A stretch of DNA of 64,000 nucleotides from Bacillota bacterium (GTDB lineage Bacteria > Bacillota > Peptococcia > Peptococcales > BICA1-8): assembly GCA_049323895.1 (NCBI GenBank), contig JBMOKT010000013.1:402266-466265 (forward strand). The letters are read 5' to 3'. A program made the translations under genes and the position numbers. The notes beneath the pieces are model-generated. The model was given only the letters and a program-made list of their open reading frames with translations. It was not told where the DNA came from and did not search any database. Below are positions 40,144-50,677 of the stretch, in pieces. Within the stretch, counting starts at the first letter, position 1. Each line of letters opens with the position of its first letter.

Positions 40144-40989
40144 CTATAGTTCAAAATACCAAACTGCCCGTCCTTCCTCTTCTCTTACAGAAACATCACA
40201 ATTCACGCCTTTTAGGGTGAGTCCTAACCAAAAATGACACGCACATATTCCTATGTCAACATCAGGGTGTTCCCACTTGATATGCTTATATCCTACAGGC
40301 ATGGCAATGAAAATTTTCTTGCAATCAGCAGAGACTTTAAAACGCCAGTGCTGACTGTTAGCACCTGACGGAGCTTTGCGGGCCAGGTCAAATCCATATA
40401 ATATTTCCGGCGGCAGTTTATCTGCACTGGAATCACCCTCTAGAAAAGCTTCTACAGGTTTACGCCTATAGCTGATAAGGGATTCCTGCATCCTGTCAAA
40501 TACCCTCACCCCCTTCTTCTGCCAATAACCGAGGGGTGTAATACAAATGGTCCTTTCCCCCTCCACCGTTTCTTTACCGTATCCCCATTTGGGATTTGGC
40601 TGTAGGGCATATTTTCCTAAATGGGGCATAATTCGTTCCAATTCAGCCAGTGTATAATGCCCATACCAGCAGGTAGCTAACCCCAGGCTGGTTGCATACA
40701 AAACAAATATCTCCCCTGCAAAACCTGTTTTAGATATGGAGCAAGGGTCAGTACGAGACAAAAATGCTGCTCCGTCAGGGGGGGCGGTAAAAACAGTATA
40801 AAGCTTCTTGTCCGGACTGGCTTTAAAGAAACGTATGGAAGCATCATGTTTAAAGGGTACTTGGAGTTTAGGAATAAAGCTTTGCAGCTTATCCATTGTT
40901 GAGGATTCAACTGGAATCATTTCAAAACTTCTAGTAGATCTGCGGATGTTTATGGCATTTTCCCAATTAATTTTCTCCAAATAACACAC
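40144..40989 (-). CDS. nitroreductase-family protein
   Basis: 281-aa ORF. ...RRSTRSF... and ...ARKAPSGANSQHWRF... motifs. The real start may be TTG 40980 behind GAGGTG. Confidence 0.6.
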   Translation of the reverse strand: MCYLEKINWENAINIRRSTRSFEMIPVESSTMDKLQSFIPKLQVPFKHDASIRFFKASPDKKLYTVFTAPPDGAAFLSRTDPCSISKTGFAGEIFVLYATSLGLATCWYGHYTLAELERIMPHLGKYALQPNPKWGYGKETVEGERTICITPLGYWQKKGVRVFDRMQESLISYRRKPVEAFLEGDSSADKLPPEILYGFDLARKAPSGANSQHWRFKVSADCKKIFIAMPVGYKHIKWEHPDVDIGICACHFWLGLTLKGVNCDVSVREEEGRAVWYFEL

Positions 40990-41096
40990 CTCAAATTTCT
41001 TCTAATCGTTGATCCGTGATTCGTCTTATCGTCTCTTCATTCTATCGTAAAATATTATTTAGTATAAAAAATTACATATAAAAGATAGGAAAGATA

Positions 41097-41426
41097 TTAA
41101 CCCCTGGGGTAATACATGATAATTAGTACACCTAAAAGAGCTACAAATCCCCCTATAAGGTCAAATTTATCAGGTACTATATCATCAACTTTCCAACCCC
41201 AAAAGATAGAAAGTACTATGAAAATTCCACCATATGCGGCATAGACCCGTCCAAAATTAGCAGGCTGTAAGGTTGGAATTACCCCATACAAAGCTAAAAT
41301 AATAGCACCAAGCAAACCGAACCTGATAGTCTTTCCTTCCCTTAACCAAATCCATACTAAATATCCGCCACCAATCTCTAAAAAACCGGCTAATATAAAA
41401 TAAAATAATGATTTTGCTATTCCCAT
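41097..41426 (-). CDS. ynfA: YnfA family (UPF0060) small membrane protein
   Basis: 109-aa ORF. ...[20 protein letters not shown]... signature. Confidence 0.85.
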   Translation of the reverse strand: MGIAKSLFYFILAGFLEIGGGYLVWIWLREGKTIRFGLLGAIILALYGVIPTLQPANFGRVYAAYGGIFIVLSIFWGWKVDDIVPDKFDLIGGFVALLGVLIIMYYPRG

Positions 41427-41462
41427 AGTATAAATTCCCCCTTTAAAAAGCAGTAAGAATAA

Positions 41463-42080
41463 TTAAAAGGTTGATGGAAAATTCTCTTTATAATCCTCAC
41501 TGGCGAGTTTAATTATCTTAAAAGCTTCTTCCTGACTGTATATGTCTAAAATTTCTACTTTATTGCTTTGACTTGCAGGAGCTTTTTTATATGTCAAAAA
41601 ATAGTGTTCAAGACGGTCTAGCACTCGTTTTGGGCATTGACTTATATCATTCCAATCACCATATAATGCATCATCTTTTAACACCGCCACAATCTTGTCA
41701 TCGGCCTCATTATTATCAAGTAGTTTTATGCCCCCGATTGGTATGGCTTGTAAAAGAATGTTCCCGTTGGTTACCAGTTTTTCAGTCAAAACACAGATAT
41801 CAAGGGGGTCTTTATCCCCGACAATGCCCTCTTTTCCAAACTTTTCTTTACACACATCAGCTACTCTCTGACCGCAATAGGTTTGAGGCATCATGCCGTA
41901 CAAAGTGGGACAGATATTAGAAAATAGCTGGGGTCTGTCAATCTTTAAAATTCCTGTGGTTTTGTCCAACTCATATTTAACTGTGTCACTGGGGGTTACC
42001 TCAATAAAGGCATTAACTATATTAGGTGCATTTTCACCAAGAGAAATGCCATGCCAAGGATGGGCTACATATTTATTCAT
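41463..42080 (-). CDS. ppa: inorganic diphosphatase (family I-like)
   Basis: 205-aa ORF. HPWHG..., ...VKYELDK.TG.L.IDR... pattern. Confidence 0.75.
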   Translation of the reverse strand: MNKYVAHPWHGISLGENAPNIVNAFIEVTPSDTVKYELDKTTGILKIDRPQLFSNICPTLYGMMPQTYCGQRVADVCKEKFGKEGIVGDKDPLDICVLTEKLVTNGNILLQAIPIGGIKLLDNNEADDKIVAVLKDDALYGDWNDISQCPKRVLDRLEHYFLTYKKAPASQSNKVEILDIYSQEEAFKIIKLASEDYKENFPSTF

Positions 42081-42214
42081 TAAAATTCCACTCCTTTTTT
42101 ATCTTCTATTATAATTGAAAAAATTTAATATTTAAGAGTTTTATAACCTATTTTAACCTTTTTAAATAAAGAAAAACCACCTAAAACCTTTCAGTTCTAA
42201 ATGGTTTTGAGATG

Positions 42215-43507
42215 CTATTCTGCCATTTGAGTGGCATAACGGGCGGCTTCATACATAATTTTTTCTTCATCCATCCCTATAACTTCCCAGTTCTTCATGA
42301 CTATCTTTCCATCAATGATTACAGTTTTTACATCAGAGCCCTGGGCTGAATAAATCAAATTTGCCGCCAAATCATGATTAGGATAAAGATGGGGCTGGTT
42401 TAAGTCTAGCAAAATTATATCTGCCTTTTTACCAGGTTCTATTGTCCCTACCTCATTGCCAAGACCTAGGGCATGGGCACCATTGATTGTACCCATTTGC
42501 AGCACCTGGTAGGCGGGAACCATTGTGGGATCTCCCCAGCTGACCTTATGCAAAAGAGAGGCAATATGCATTTCCTCAAACATATTTAAATTATTGTTGC
42601 TGGCAGTCCCATCAGTACCAAGACCCACCATAATGCCTGCCTCCAGCATCTGTGGCACAGGAGCCATGCCGCTGGCCAGCTTCATGTTGCTGGTGGGGTT
42701 GTGGGCTACACCTACCTTAACCTCCTGCATAATGGAAATATCTTCTTCAGTAAGGTGTACACAATGGGCGGCCAAAACGGGAACTTGGAAAAGCCCCAGT
42801 TCATAAACATGCTTGATGGGAGTATTGCCATATTGTTTTCTAATATCAGAAAACTCCTGTTTAGTCTCTGCCAAATGTATATGTATACTTGTTTTTAATT
42901 CATTGGCTAATTCAAGAACCTTTGTTAAATAATCAGGCGGGCAGGTATAGGGGGCATGGGGTCCCAGCATACAGGTAACCCTTCCGTCTCCCGCACGCTG
43001 CCAATTAAGTACAAAATCCTTACTCTCCTGCAGTGATTTCAGATTACTGTCATTCAATCCAACCATACCCCTGGCTAGAACTGCCCTAATACCGCTTTCT
43101 ACAACTGCCTGGGCCACATTATCCATAAAGAAATACATATCGGCAAATGTAGTTGTACCGGATTTAATCATTTCCAGGACAGCCAGTTGAGTACCCCAGT
43201 AAATATGCTCTCCTGTCAATTTTGCTTCCCTGGGCCAAATTTTTTCATTAAGCCAGGGCATTAGCTCCATATCATCGGCATAGCCCCTTAAAAGGGTCAT
43301 GGCTGCATGGGTATGGCAGTTTACTAATCCGGGAAGGGCTGCACAGTTTTTCCCATTGATTATTTCTGCATCTGAAATGTTTTCAGTTATTTCACCAATT
43401 TCTTTAATATACTGGTCTTCAATAAGGATATCCCCTGTTAACACCTGTTGATTGTTCTCCATTACCATGGGCATAATGGCAGCATCTTTAATTAACAGTC
43501 TTTTCAT
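42215..43507 (-). CDS. mtaD: 5'-methylthioadenosine/S-adenosylhomocysteine (5'-deoxyadenosine) deaminase, amidohydrolase superfamily
   Basis: 430-aa ORF. LPGLVNCHTHAAMTLLRGYADD, ...HLAET..., ...GTDG.ASNN... motifs. Confidence 0.85.
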   Translation of the reverse strand: MKRLLIKDAAIMPMVMENNQQVLTGDILIEDQYIKEIGEITENISDAEIINGKNCAALPGLVNCHTHAAMTLLRGYADDMELMPWLNEKIWPREAKLTGEHIYWGTQLAVLEMIKSGTTTFADMYFFMDNVAQAVVESGIRAVLARGMVGLNDSNLKSLQESKDFVLNWQRAGDGRVTCMLGPHAPYTCPPDYLTKVLELANELKTSIHIHLAETKQEFSDIRKQYGNTPIKHVYELGLFQVPVLAAHCVHLTEEDISIMQEVKVGVAHNPTSNMKLASGMAPVPQMLEAGIMVGLGTDGTASNNNLNMFEEMHIASLLHKVSWGDPTMVPAYQVLQMGTINGAHALGLGNEVGTIEPGKKADIILLDLNQPHLYPNHDLAANLIYSAQGSDVKTVIIDGKIVMKNWEVIGMDEEKIMYEAARYATQMAE

Positions 43508-43518
43508 CCTATCCCCTC

Positions 43519-44151
43519 CTATTTTTGACCATAATAATTTATGTACATGTTCCTCATTTGATCTACATCTGTTTGGCTCAAAACATAATAGCCGCCAAGA
43601 CCTTGGGCTGCAATACCGATATGGGCTGTTTTTTCCACCAGCAGACAGGCTTTATAGGCCTCAGCTAAAGTATTGCCCACCCCCACAACCCCGTGGTTAG
43701 CCAGTAGTGCAGCTCCCTTATTACCTAATGCTGCAACGGTATTTAAAGCAAGCTCTTTAGAGCCCGGAAGGGCATATTGGGCTACCTCTACCGTTCCGCC
43801 TATCACCTGGGCCATATCCTCTATCAAAGGCTCTATTGATTTACGGGCAGCTGCGTAGGCACTGGCATAAAGGCTGTGGGTATGGACTATTGCCAGAACA
43901 TCAGCCCTGTGCCGATAGATTTCCAAATGCAGCAGCATCTCACTGGAAGGTTTACGGAGACCTTCTAAAATAATACCATGTTCATCTACAGCTACTATAT
44001 CCTCAGGAGCTAATGACTGATAATCCATACCGCTAGGGGTTATAAATATTTTGCCTTGGTCTTTAACAGAAATATTTCCCCAGGTTGCCGCAGCCAAACC
44101 ATCTGCAATCATTTTTTTGCCTATGTAAATAACTTGCTCCCTAATTTCCAT
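43519..44151 (-). CDS. class II aldolase/adducin-family protein (MTRu-1-P aldolase or MtnB-type dehydratase)
   Basis: 210-aa ORF. ...ITPSGMDY..., ...HTHS.YA... motifs. Overlaps the mtnA stop. Confidence 0.7.
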   Translation of the reverse strand: MEIREQVIYIGKKMIADGLAAATWGNISVKDQGKIFITPSGMDYQSLAPEDIVAVDEHGIILEGLRKPSSEMLLHLEIYRHRADVLAIVHTHSLYASAYAAARKSIEPLIEDMAQVIGGTVEVAQYALPGSKELALNTVAALGNKGAALLANHGVVGVGNTLAEAYKACLLVEKTAHIGIAAQGLGGYYVLSQTDVDQMRNMYINYYGQK

Positions 44152-45184
44152 TAGCCAGCATCCTTTTAATATTCATAGAATAATCGGGCTTGATAATACC
44201 CTTATCCGTAATAATAGCAGATATTAAGCTGTGGGGCGTAACATCAAAGGCAGGGTTAATTACCTTTACCTGAGGTGGCGCAACATAAATATCTCCAATT
44301 TTCCTCACCTCATCATGGTTTCGTTCCTCAATAGTGATATCCTGACCCCTCTGTAAACTTAAATCAAAGGTTGAGCTAGGTGCAGCAACATAAAAAGGTA
44401 TTCCATGATACTTGGCAAGTACTGCCACACCATAGGTTCCTATTTTATTTGCCGTATCACCATTGGCGGCAATTCTGTCGGCACCTACAATGACACAATC
44501 CACTTTCCCCTGTTGCATGAAATACCCTGCCATATTATCAGTTATTAATGTAACAGGTATTCCATCCTCCATAAGCTCAAAGACCGTTAAACGAGCTCCC
44601 TGCAGTAATGGTCTGGTTTCATCGGCATAAACCATTTTTACATTTCCCTTATTCCAGGCACTGCGGATTACCCCTAAGGCAGTGCCGTACCCAGCAGTGG
44701 CCAAAGCACCTGCATTGCAATGGGTCAAAATATTAACAGGCTCATTAATCAGGGTGCATCCATATTCAGCCATTTTCATGTTCATTTGCAAATCTTCCAC
44801 CTGGATGGCTACTGCCTCTGCCTCTAGTTTTTCTACTAAGCTGGGTATTTCTAAGGTTAGATTTTTATCCAGTACACCAACCATCCTATCCAATGCCCAA
44901 AATAAATTGACGGCAGTAGGTCTGGTCTGACGTAGTTCTTCCACTGCTTGCTTGATATTGGAGTGGAACTCCTGGGCTGGAAAATTTCTATATTCATGGG
45001 CAGCAAGGACTACCCCATAGGCAGCTGCTACCCCTATAGCGGGAGCCCCCCTGACTTTCATGTTCCTAATTCCTTGGGCAACACAACGGTAATCTTCACA
45101 TTGGACATATTCAACATAGATTGGCAACCTGCTTTGGTCCAGAAGACTTAGTTTGCCATTTTCGTATTTAACTGAATTCATCAT
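44141..45184 (-). CDS. mtnA: S-methyl-5-thioribose-1-phosphate isomerase
   Basis: 347-aa ORF, eIF-2B alpha/beta/delta-like (..MKVRGAPAIGVAAAYG.., ..VGADRIAANGD.ANKIGTY..). Confidence 0.9.
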   Translation of the reverse strand: MMNSVKYENGKLSLLDQSRLPIYVEYVQCEDYRCVAQGIRNMKVRGAPAIGVAAAYGVVLAAHEYRNFPAQEFHSNIKQAVEELRQTRPTAVNLFWALDRMVGVLDKNLTLEIPSLVEKLEAEAVAIQVEDLQMNMKMAEYGCTLINEPVNILTHCNAGALATAGYGTALGVIRSAWNKGNVKMVYADETRPLLQGARLTVFELMEDGIPVTLITDNMAGYFMQQGKVDCVIVGADRIAANGDTANKIGTYGVAVLAKYHGIPFYVAAPSSTFDLSLQRGQDITIEERNHDEVRKIGDIYVAPPQVKVINPAFDVTPHSLISAIITDKGIIKPDYSMNIKRMLANGN

Positions 45185-45193
45185 TAACCACCC

Positions 45194-45985
45194 TTATACA
45201 AGATTTCCCGCTTCTTCATCGGCCAAAGGACATAAACATACTTGTTCATGACCTATTTTTTCTAAGGTATTCATTATTAGTCTCTGTAAATTGGAGGTAT
45301 TTTGGACCATAGTTTCCACTACCTCTTTATGGGTCAGGGGATGTTCAGAAATTCCCGCCGCATAGTTAGTAACCATGGCAATCCCGGCATAACACATTCC
45401 CAATTCCCTGGCCAGCACAACTTCGGGTACACTTGTCATCCCCACTAAATCACCGCCCCACTGCTTAAACATGTTTATTTCAGCAGGTGTTTCGAAACGG
45501 GGTCCCTCTGTGCACACATAACAGCCATTTTTATGTAAAGTAATATCTAAAGGGCATACTCTCTCAATCTCCTGTTGTAAGTGGGTACAATAGGGATTGG
45601 TCATATCAATGTGCAGAACACCATTTTCGTCTCCTTCATAAAAGGTTTGTACCCGTCCTTTAGTGAAATCGATAAACTGGTTGAGTAAAACTAAATGCCC
45701 GGGAGCCATTATTTTATTTAAAGAACCCACTGCTGCGGTAGCAATTATCTTTTTTACCCCTAATTTCTTCAAGGCCATAATATTAGCCCGATAGTTTATT
45801 TTATGGGGTGGTACCGAATGCTTTACACCATGCCTGGCTAAAAAAGCAACTGGCTTCTGCCCTAACTGCCCAATTTTTAAATTAACATCCCCATAAGGGG
45901 TTTTTACTCCATAATCTTCTATTGAAGTCAATAAATGGGGATTATATACCCCCGTTCCGCCAATTACAGCAAAATCAATCTTCAT
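45194..45985 (-). CDS. mtnP: S-methyl-5'-thioadenosine (or thioinosine) phosphorylase
   Basis: 263-aa ORF, PNP/MTAP family (IIGGTG.., ..RHG..H...P..INYRANI..). Overlaps the ftsY stop by 11 nt. Confidence 0.85.
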   Translation of the reverse strand: MKIDFAVIGGTGVYNPHLLTSIEDYGVKTPYGDVNLKIGQLGQKPVAFLARHGVKHSVPPHKINYRANIMALKKLGVKKIIATAAVGSLNKIMAPGHLVLLNQFIDFTKGRVQTFYEGDENGVLHIDMTNPYCTHLQQEIERVCPLDITLHKNGCYVCTEGPRFETPAEINMFKQWGGDLVGMTSVPEVVLARELGMCYAGIAMVTNYAAGISEHPLTHKEVVETMVQNTSNLQRLIMNTLEKIGHEQVCLCPLADEEAGNLV

Positions 45986-46958
45986 CTTCGCCCTCCTTTA
46001 CCTCGGTAAATAGAGCAGCCACAAAATCCTGGGGCTTAAAAATTTGCATATCTTCCATTTTTTCTCCGACCCCTACCAGTTTCACCGGTAAATCCTGCTC
46101 TGACTTAATGCCGATAACCACTCCGCCTTTGGCAGTCCCGTCAAGTTTTGTGAGAATTACTCCGGTTACTCCTGCAGCTTCACCAAAGGTTTTAGCCTGG
46201 GAAAGTGCATTTTGTCCGGTGGTTGCATCCAAGACAAGCAAGACCTCCTTTAAAGAACCCGCTGCCTCTTTATCAATAATCCTTTTAATTTTCTTCAATT
46301 CCTCCATTAGATTGACCTTGTTGTGGAGCCTGCCGGCTGTATCTATTATCAAAACATCTGTTTTACGGGCTTTAGCTGCCTGAATGGCGTCATATACCAC
46401 TGCAGCAGGGTCTGCACCTTCTTGGTGGCTGATAACTTCCACACCTGCTCTTTGTCCCCAAACCTTTAACTGATCTATAGCGGCAGCCCGGAAGGTGTCA
46501 CCCGCACCCAGCAAAACCCGTTTGCCTTCTCCTTTAAGCTTGTATGCCAATTTACCTATACTGGTCGTCTTTCCAACACCGTTTACTCCTACAATGAGAA
46601 AAATGTTTAATTCCCCAGCGGCAAGGTCTATAGTGGGTGTGTCATCTCCCATAATTTTAATAATCTCTTCCACTAAAACCTGACGGAGAAGCTCCGCTTC
46701 TTTGATTTTTTCTTCCTTTACCCTTTTGCGCAGCTTTTCTACCAGATCAATTGCCGTATTAACTCCTACATCACCTTGAATAAGCACATCTTCCAGTTCT
46801 TCAAAAAGCTCCTCATCAATAGCCCTGCCGGTAAATACATCAAAGACCTTATCAATAAAACCTTTTCTGGTCTTGGTTAAACTGTCGGAAAGCTTTTCGC
46901 CGCCAAAACTGTTCGTTAAGGTATCCTTTAGTTTCGAAAAAAATCCCAAAATGACCAC
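45975..46958 (-). CDS. ftsY: signal recognition particle receptor FtsY
   Basis: 327-aa ORF. GVNGVGKTT, DTAGR, TKLDG motifs. Confidence 0.95.
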   Translation of the reverse strand: MVILGFFSKLKDTLTNSFGGEKLSDSLTKTRKGFIDKVFDVFTGRAIDEELFEELEDVLIQGDVGVNTAIDLVEKLRKRVKEEKIKEAELLRQVLVEEIIKIMGDDTPTIDLAAGELNIFLIVGVNGVGKTTSIGKLAYKLKGEGKRVLLGAGDTFRAAAIDQLKVWGQRAGVEVISHQEGADPAAVVYDAIQAAKARKTDVLIIDTAGRLHNKVNLMEELKKIKRIIDKEAAGSLKEVLLVLDATTGQNALSQAKTFGEAAGVTGVILTKLDGTAKGGVVIGIKSEQDLPVKLVGVGEKMEDMQIFKPQDFVAALFTEVKEGEDED

Positions 46959-47054
46959 ATCCTATCTTTGTTATGAGAACAAAAACTTTTTTATATTATA
47001 AGCTAAGTTTCCCTTATTAATCCTTTTTTGGACTTTAAGCCGGGAGAGGTTCAC

Positions 47055-50000
47055 CTAGACAGCCTCACTAAGCTTTACCGATATTAGTTTAGAAACTCCT
47101 GTCTGTTCCTCAATAGTTACCCCATATAATACATCAGCTGCTTCCATGGTTCCCTTGCGGTGGGAAATGATAATAAACTGGGTTTTTGCGACAAACATCT
47201 TCAAAAATGAAGAAAACCTGTCCACATTTGCCTCATCTAATGCAGCTTCAATTTCATCCAGTACACAGAAGGGACTAGGCTTGATTTTTAATATTGCAAA
47301 TAAAAGAGCAATGGCAGTCATAGCCCTTTCTCCTCCCGAAAGCAGGGACAAGGTCTGGGGCTTTTTCCCCGGAGGCTGGGCAATTATCTCAATTCCCGTC
47401 TCCAACAGGTTATCCGCATCTGATAATTCTAAGTATGCACACCCGCCGCCAAACATAGAAGTGAAAACTGAATTAAAGGCTTCATTTACCAAGGCAAAGG
47501 TTTCCTTAAACCTTTTCACCATAATCTGGTCCATTTCCTTAATCACTTTTTCCAGTGATAATTTTGCTTCTTCCAAATCCACGTACTGCTTATCCAAGAA
47601 TTCCCGCCGCTGATACACCCTCTCATATTCTGTGATTGCCGCAAAGTTCACCAAGCCTAGTTCGGAAATAAAATCTTTCAACTCGTTAATTCTTCTCTGT
47701 GCGTTTCGCTTATTATCAATTTCTATCCGGTGGTGGACAGCCTCCCCATAGCTGTATCCATAATGTTCCGTAAGTTTTTCTTTACTTGCTGCAATTTCCA
47801 TCTGAATTTTTGTCAATTTCATATTGTTCAGATATAAACTGTTTTTCAGTTCATCCATTTGAGACTGTTTGTTTTTAACATCTTTCTCCAGAATAATAAT
47901 TTGTCTCTGTAATTCTTCCCTATTTTCCTTCTCTGCTTCAACGTTTTTTTGCAGGATCTCTAGTTTCTGTGAAAATTTATTGACTTGTGCCTCTAGCTGG
48001 CTTCTTTCAACGCAAAGTTTATCAATGTTTGCCGCCAGTTCCTTCTCATCGTTAATGCTTTTCTTTTCCGACTGGTTAATTTCATTGAGACGTGATTGCA
48101 TGTCCATTATCTGCTTGGATACTAATTCTTTCTTTTGCAATAATGTAGCTGCCAATACCTTTTTCTGGTTTAAATTCTCCCCAAGCTCTTCCTGACTGGC
48201 CGCAACTTCTTTTAAATGAGCCTGGATAGAGCTGATTTGCTGCTGCAGATCCTCATCCTTGATACTTAGCTTTTGCAGTTCCTTCTTAAGTTTTTCTTTT
48301 TCATGTAAATAGGATTCCTGAAGGCTCTCTGCTTCTTCTCTTTCAATAATATACAACTGTTTTTCTTCCAAATTGCGTTTGTTTTCCCTAACAGCCTGGA
48401 CATACTTGTTATCCAACTCCGACAGGGATAATATATGCCTATGTATTTCTTCCTTAGATTCTTCAACTCTAATTAATAATTCTTTTTGCCTTTCCTCAAG
48501 GGTATTGATATCCTTTACCAGGTTTTTTATTTCCTCCTCACCCTGCAGGACTTTGTCAGCCAGTTCTTTAATAAGTCGCTTTCTGGCCAAAAGACCAGCG
48601 TTTTGTTTATTATAAGCTCCGCCTGTTAAGGCTCCGCCCGGCGTAACTATCTCCCCTTCCAGGGTTACCATACGGGCAGAAAAACCTATTTTTTTACCAA
48701 TGCTTACTGCGTCTTTTAAATCTTTAATTATCCAAATACGACCCAGTAAATATTCCATAATATCGGTGAACTGGGGTTTGAATTTAATAAGGTCTACTGC
48801 CCTGCCAATGACTCCGGGATAATCTAGCTTTGTTACTCCTGATTTCCCTTTAACTGTGTTTAGTGGTAAAAAGGTGGCCCTCCCTTTTTTCTTCATTTTA
48901 AGGTAGCTAATAGCCTCTTGAGCTGAAGTATCATCAGTTGTGATAATGTACTGGAGGGCACCCCCAAGGGCATTTTCTATAGCCACCTCCATCTGGGCAG
49001 GTACGTTAATCATATCTGCCACCGTACCCAAAATTCCCTGCAAAGAGGAAGGCTTTCTCATTTCTTCCAAAATGACTTTTACACCCTGTTGATATCCTTC
49101 ACCTGTTTCTTCCATTTCCTGCAGTACCTGCAACCGGGACTTGTTTTGCTGGCAAGCGGCCTGTTTACCCTCGAGTTCTTTTTTCAACTGGTACTGTTTT
49201 TGCAGTTTATCTTCCATTTTCCTTTGCAAATCTTTAACTTCTGACTCTAGCTGTTCTTTCATTTTTTTAAGATTGTTTTGCTGCGCTAAGAGGTAATCCT
49301 TTTCCTTCTCATCCGTTGCTAAGAGATTCTCAATATTTTTCATCTTATCCTTTAGCTGCTGCAGCCTTCTATTTTGTAAGTTAAAGTCGTTGTCAATCCT
49401 AACCAGCTCATTGTTTACCCTGGCTTTTTCTTGGAGATTTTCAATTATTCCCGATTTATATTCTTCCAGCAATAAGTTATTATTAGAAAAAATATCTTTG
49501 TAATGGTTGATTTCTCCCTGCAGTGCTTCGGTAATAGCCGCCATTTCCATATAGTCCTGGTCGGTCTGACTAAATTCCTCATTTTTTATTTTTATCTCTG
49601 CCAAAAGCTTTTCCCTTTGTTGAGCAAAACCATCGATATCAGCACCTATCCTCTGGATTTGTGCCTCTATGCCTTTTTTCTTTTCTATTGTCATTTCAAT
49701 CTGGTGTTCTTTGCGTTCCAGTTCGGTATTTAAATCATAGAAGTTCTGCTGCATATCAGAAATGGTCTGATCTAACTGCTGTTTTGCAAACCTATGGTTC
49801 TCTATCTGGGATACAGCCAGATGATAATGGGTATTGGCTTCCTCCAATTGGTATTCATATTGCTGGACAAGTTGGAGGACTGATTGCTCTTTTTCTTCAT
49901 TTTCTTCGACTGCTTGTACCGCCAGACTTATCTCCAACTGATCCAGTTCTTTTTTCCAGCTTTGATAAAGCTGTGCCTTTTCTGCCTGCTCTTTTAAAGG

Positions 50001-50609
50001 TGCCAACTGTTCAGAAAGCTCAGCTAAAATATCATTAATGCGCACCAGACTGTGCTGAGTATCCTCTAATTTCCTTTCTGCTTCTTTTTTACGATAGCGG
50101 TATTTTACAATACCGGCGGCCTCTTCAATTAGGTTGCGCCTATCCTCTGCTTTCAGGGATAAAATTTCATCGATTTTTCCCTGTCCAATAATTGAAAAGC
50201 CCTCTTTCCCTACTCCCGTATCCATAAACAATTGGTGAATGTCCTTCATACGGCAAGGAACTTTATTAATTAGGTATTCACTTTCACCCGATCTGTACAG
50301 CCTGCGGGTGATAGTAACTTCGTGATAGTCCAGAGGAAAAATCCCCGAGGTGTTGTCTAAGGTCAAGGATACTTGGGCCATACCCACGGGACGTCGGCTG
50401 CTGCTGCCGGAAAAGATAATATCATCCATCCTTAAGCCTCTTAGTGTCTTAGCACTCTGCTCACCTAGAACCCAGCGAACTGCATCGACCACATTTGATT
50501 TTCCGCTGCCATTGGGTCCCACTATTACTGTTATACCTGGATTAAACTCTAATTCTACTTTATCTGCGAAGGATTTAAAGCCTTGTATTTCCAGACGCTT
50601 GAGATACAC
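47055..50609 (-). CDS. smc: chromosome segregation protein SMC
   Basis: ORF track 47055..50660. Start moved to GTG 50609 (VYLKRLEIQGFKSF) behind GGAGGTG. Walker A GPNGSGKSN, long coiled coils, LSGGE signature. Confidence 0.95.
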   Translation of the reverse strand: MYLKRLEIQGFKSFADKVELEFNPGITVIVGPNGSGKSNVVDAVRWVLGEQSAKTLRGLRMDDIIFSGSSSRRPVGMAQVSLTLDNTSGIFPLDYHEVTITRRLYRSGESEYLINKVPCRMKDIHQLFMDTGVGKEGFSIIGQGKIDEILSLKAEDRRNLIEEAAGIVKYRYRKKEAERKLEDTQHSLVRINDILAELSEQLAPLKEQAEKAQLYQSWKKELDQLEISLAVQAVEENEEKEQSVLQLVQQYEYQLEEANTHYHLAVSQIENHRFAKQQLDQTISDMQQNFYDLNTELERKEHQIEMTIEKKKGIEAQIQRIGADIDGFAQQREKLLAEIKIKNEEFSQTDQDYMEMAAITEALQGEINHYKDIFSNNNLLLEEYKSGIIENLQEKARVNNELVRIDNDFNLQNRRLQQLKDKMKNIENLLATDEKEKDYLLAQQNNLKKMKEQLESEVKDLQRKMEDKLQKQYQLKKELEGKQAACQQNKSRLQVLQEMEETGEGYQQGVKVILEEMRKPSSLQGILGTVADMINVPAQMEVAIENALGGALQYIITTDDTSAQEAISYLKMKKKGRATFLPLNTVKGKSGVTKLDYPGVIGRAVDLIKFKPQFTDIMEYLLGRIWIIKDLKDAVSIGKKIGFSARMVTLEGEIVTPGGALTGGAYNKQNAGLLARKRLIKELADKVLQGEEEIKNLVKDINTLEERQKELLIRVEESKEEIHRHILSLSELDNKYVQAVRENKRNLEEKQLYIIEREEAESLQESYLHEKEKLKKELQKLSIKDEDLQQQISSIQAHLKEVAASQEELGENLNQKKVLAATLLQKKELVSKQIMDMQSRLNEINQSEKKSINDEKELAANIDKLCVERSQLEAQVNKFSQKLEILQKNVEAEKENREELQRQIIILEKDVKNKQSQMDELKNSLYLNNMKLTKIQMEIAASKEKLTEHYGYSYGEAVHHRIEIDNKRNAQRRINELKDFISELGLVNFAAITEYERVYQRREFLDKQYVDLEEAKLSLEKVIKEMDQIMVKRFKETFALVNEAFNSVFTSMFGGGCAYLELSDADNLLETGIEIIAQPPGKKPQTLSLLSGGERAMTAIALLFAILKIKPSPFCVLDEIEAALDEANVDRFSSFLKMFVAKTQFIIISHRKGTMEAADVLYGVTIEEQTGVSKLISVKLSEAV

Positions 50610-50677
50610 TGTTACACCTCCAAAATATAAGCAAAAAAATAGTGACCAGTACTCTGGCACTATGTAGATATCAAATA

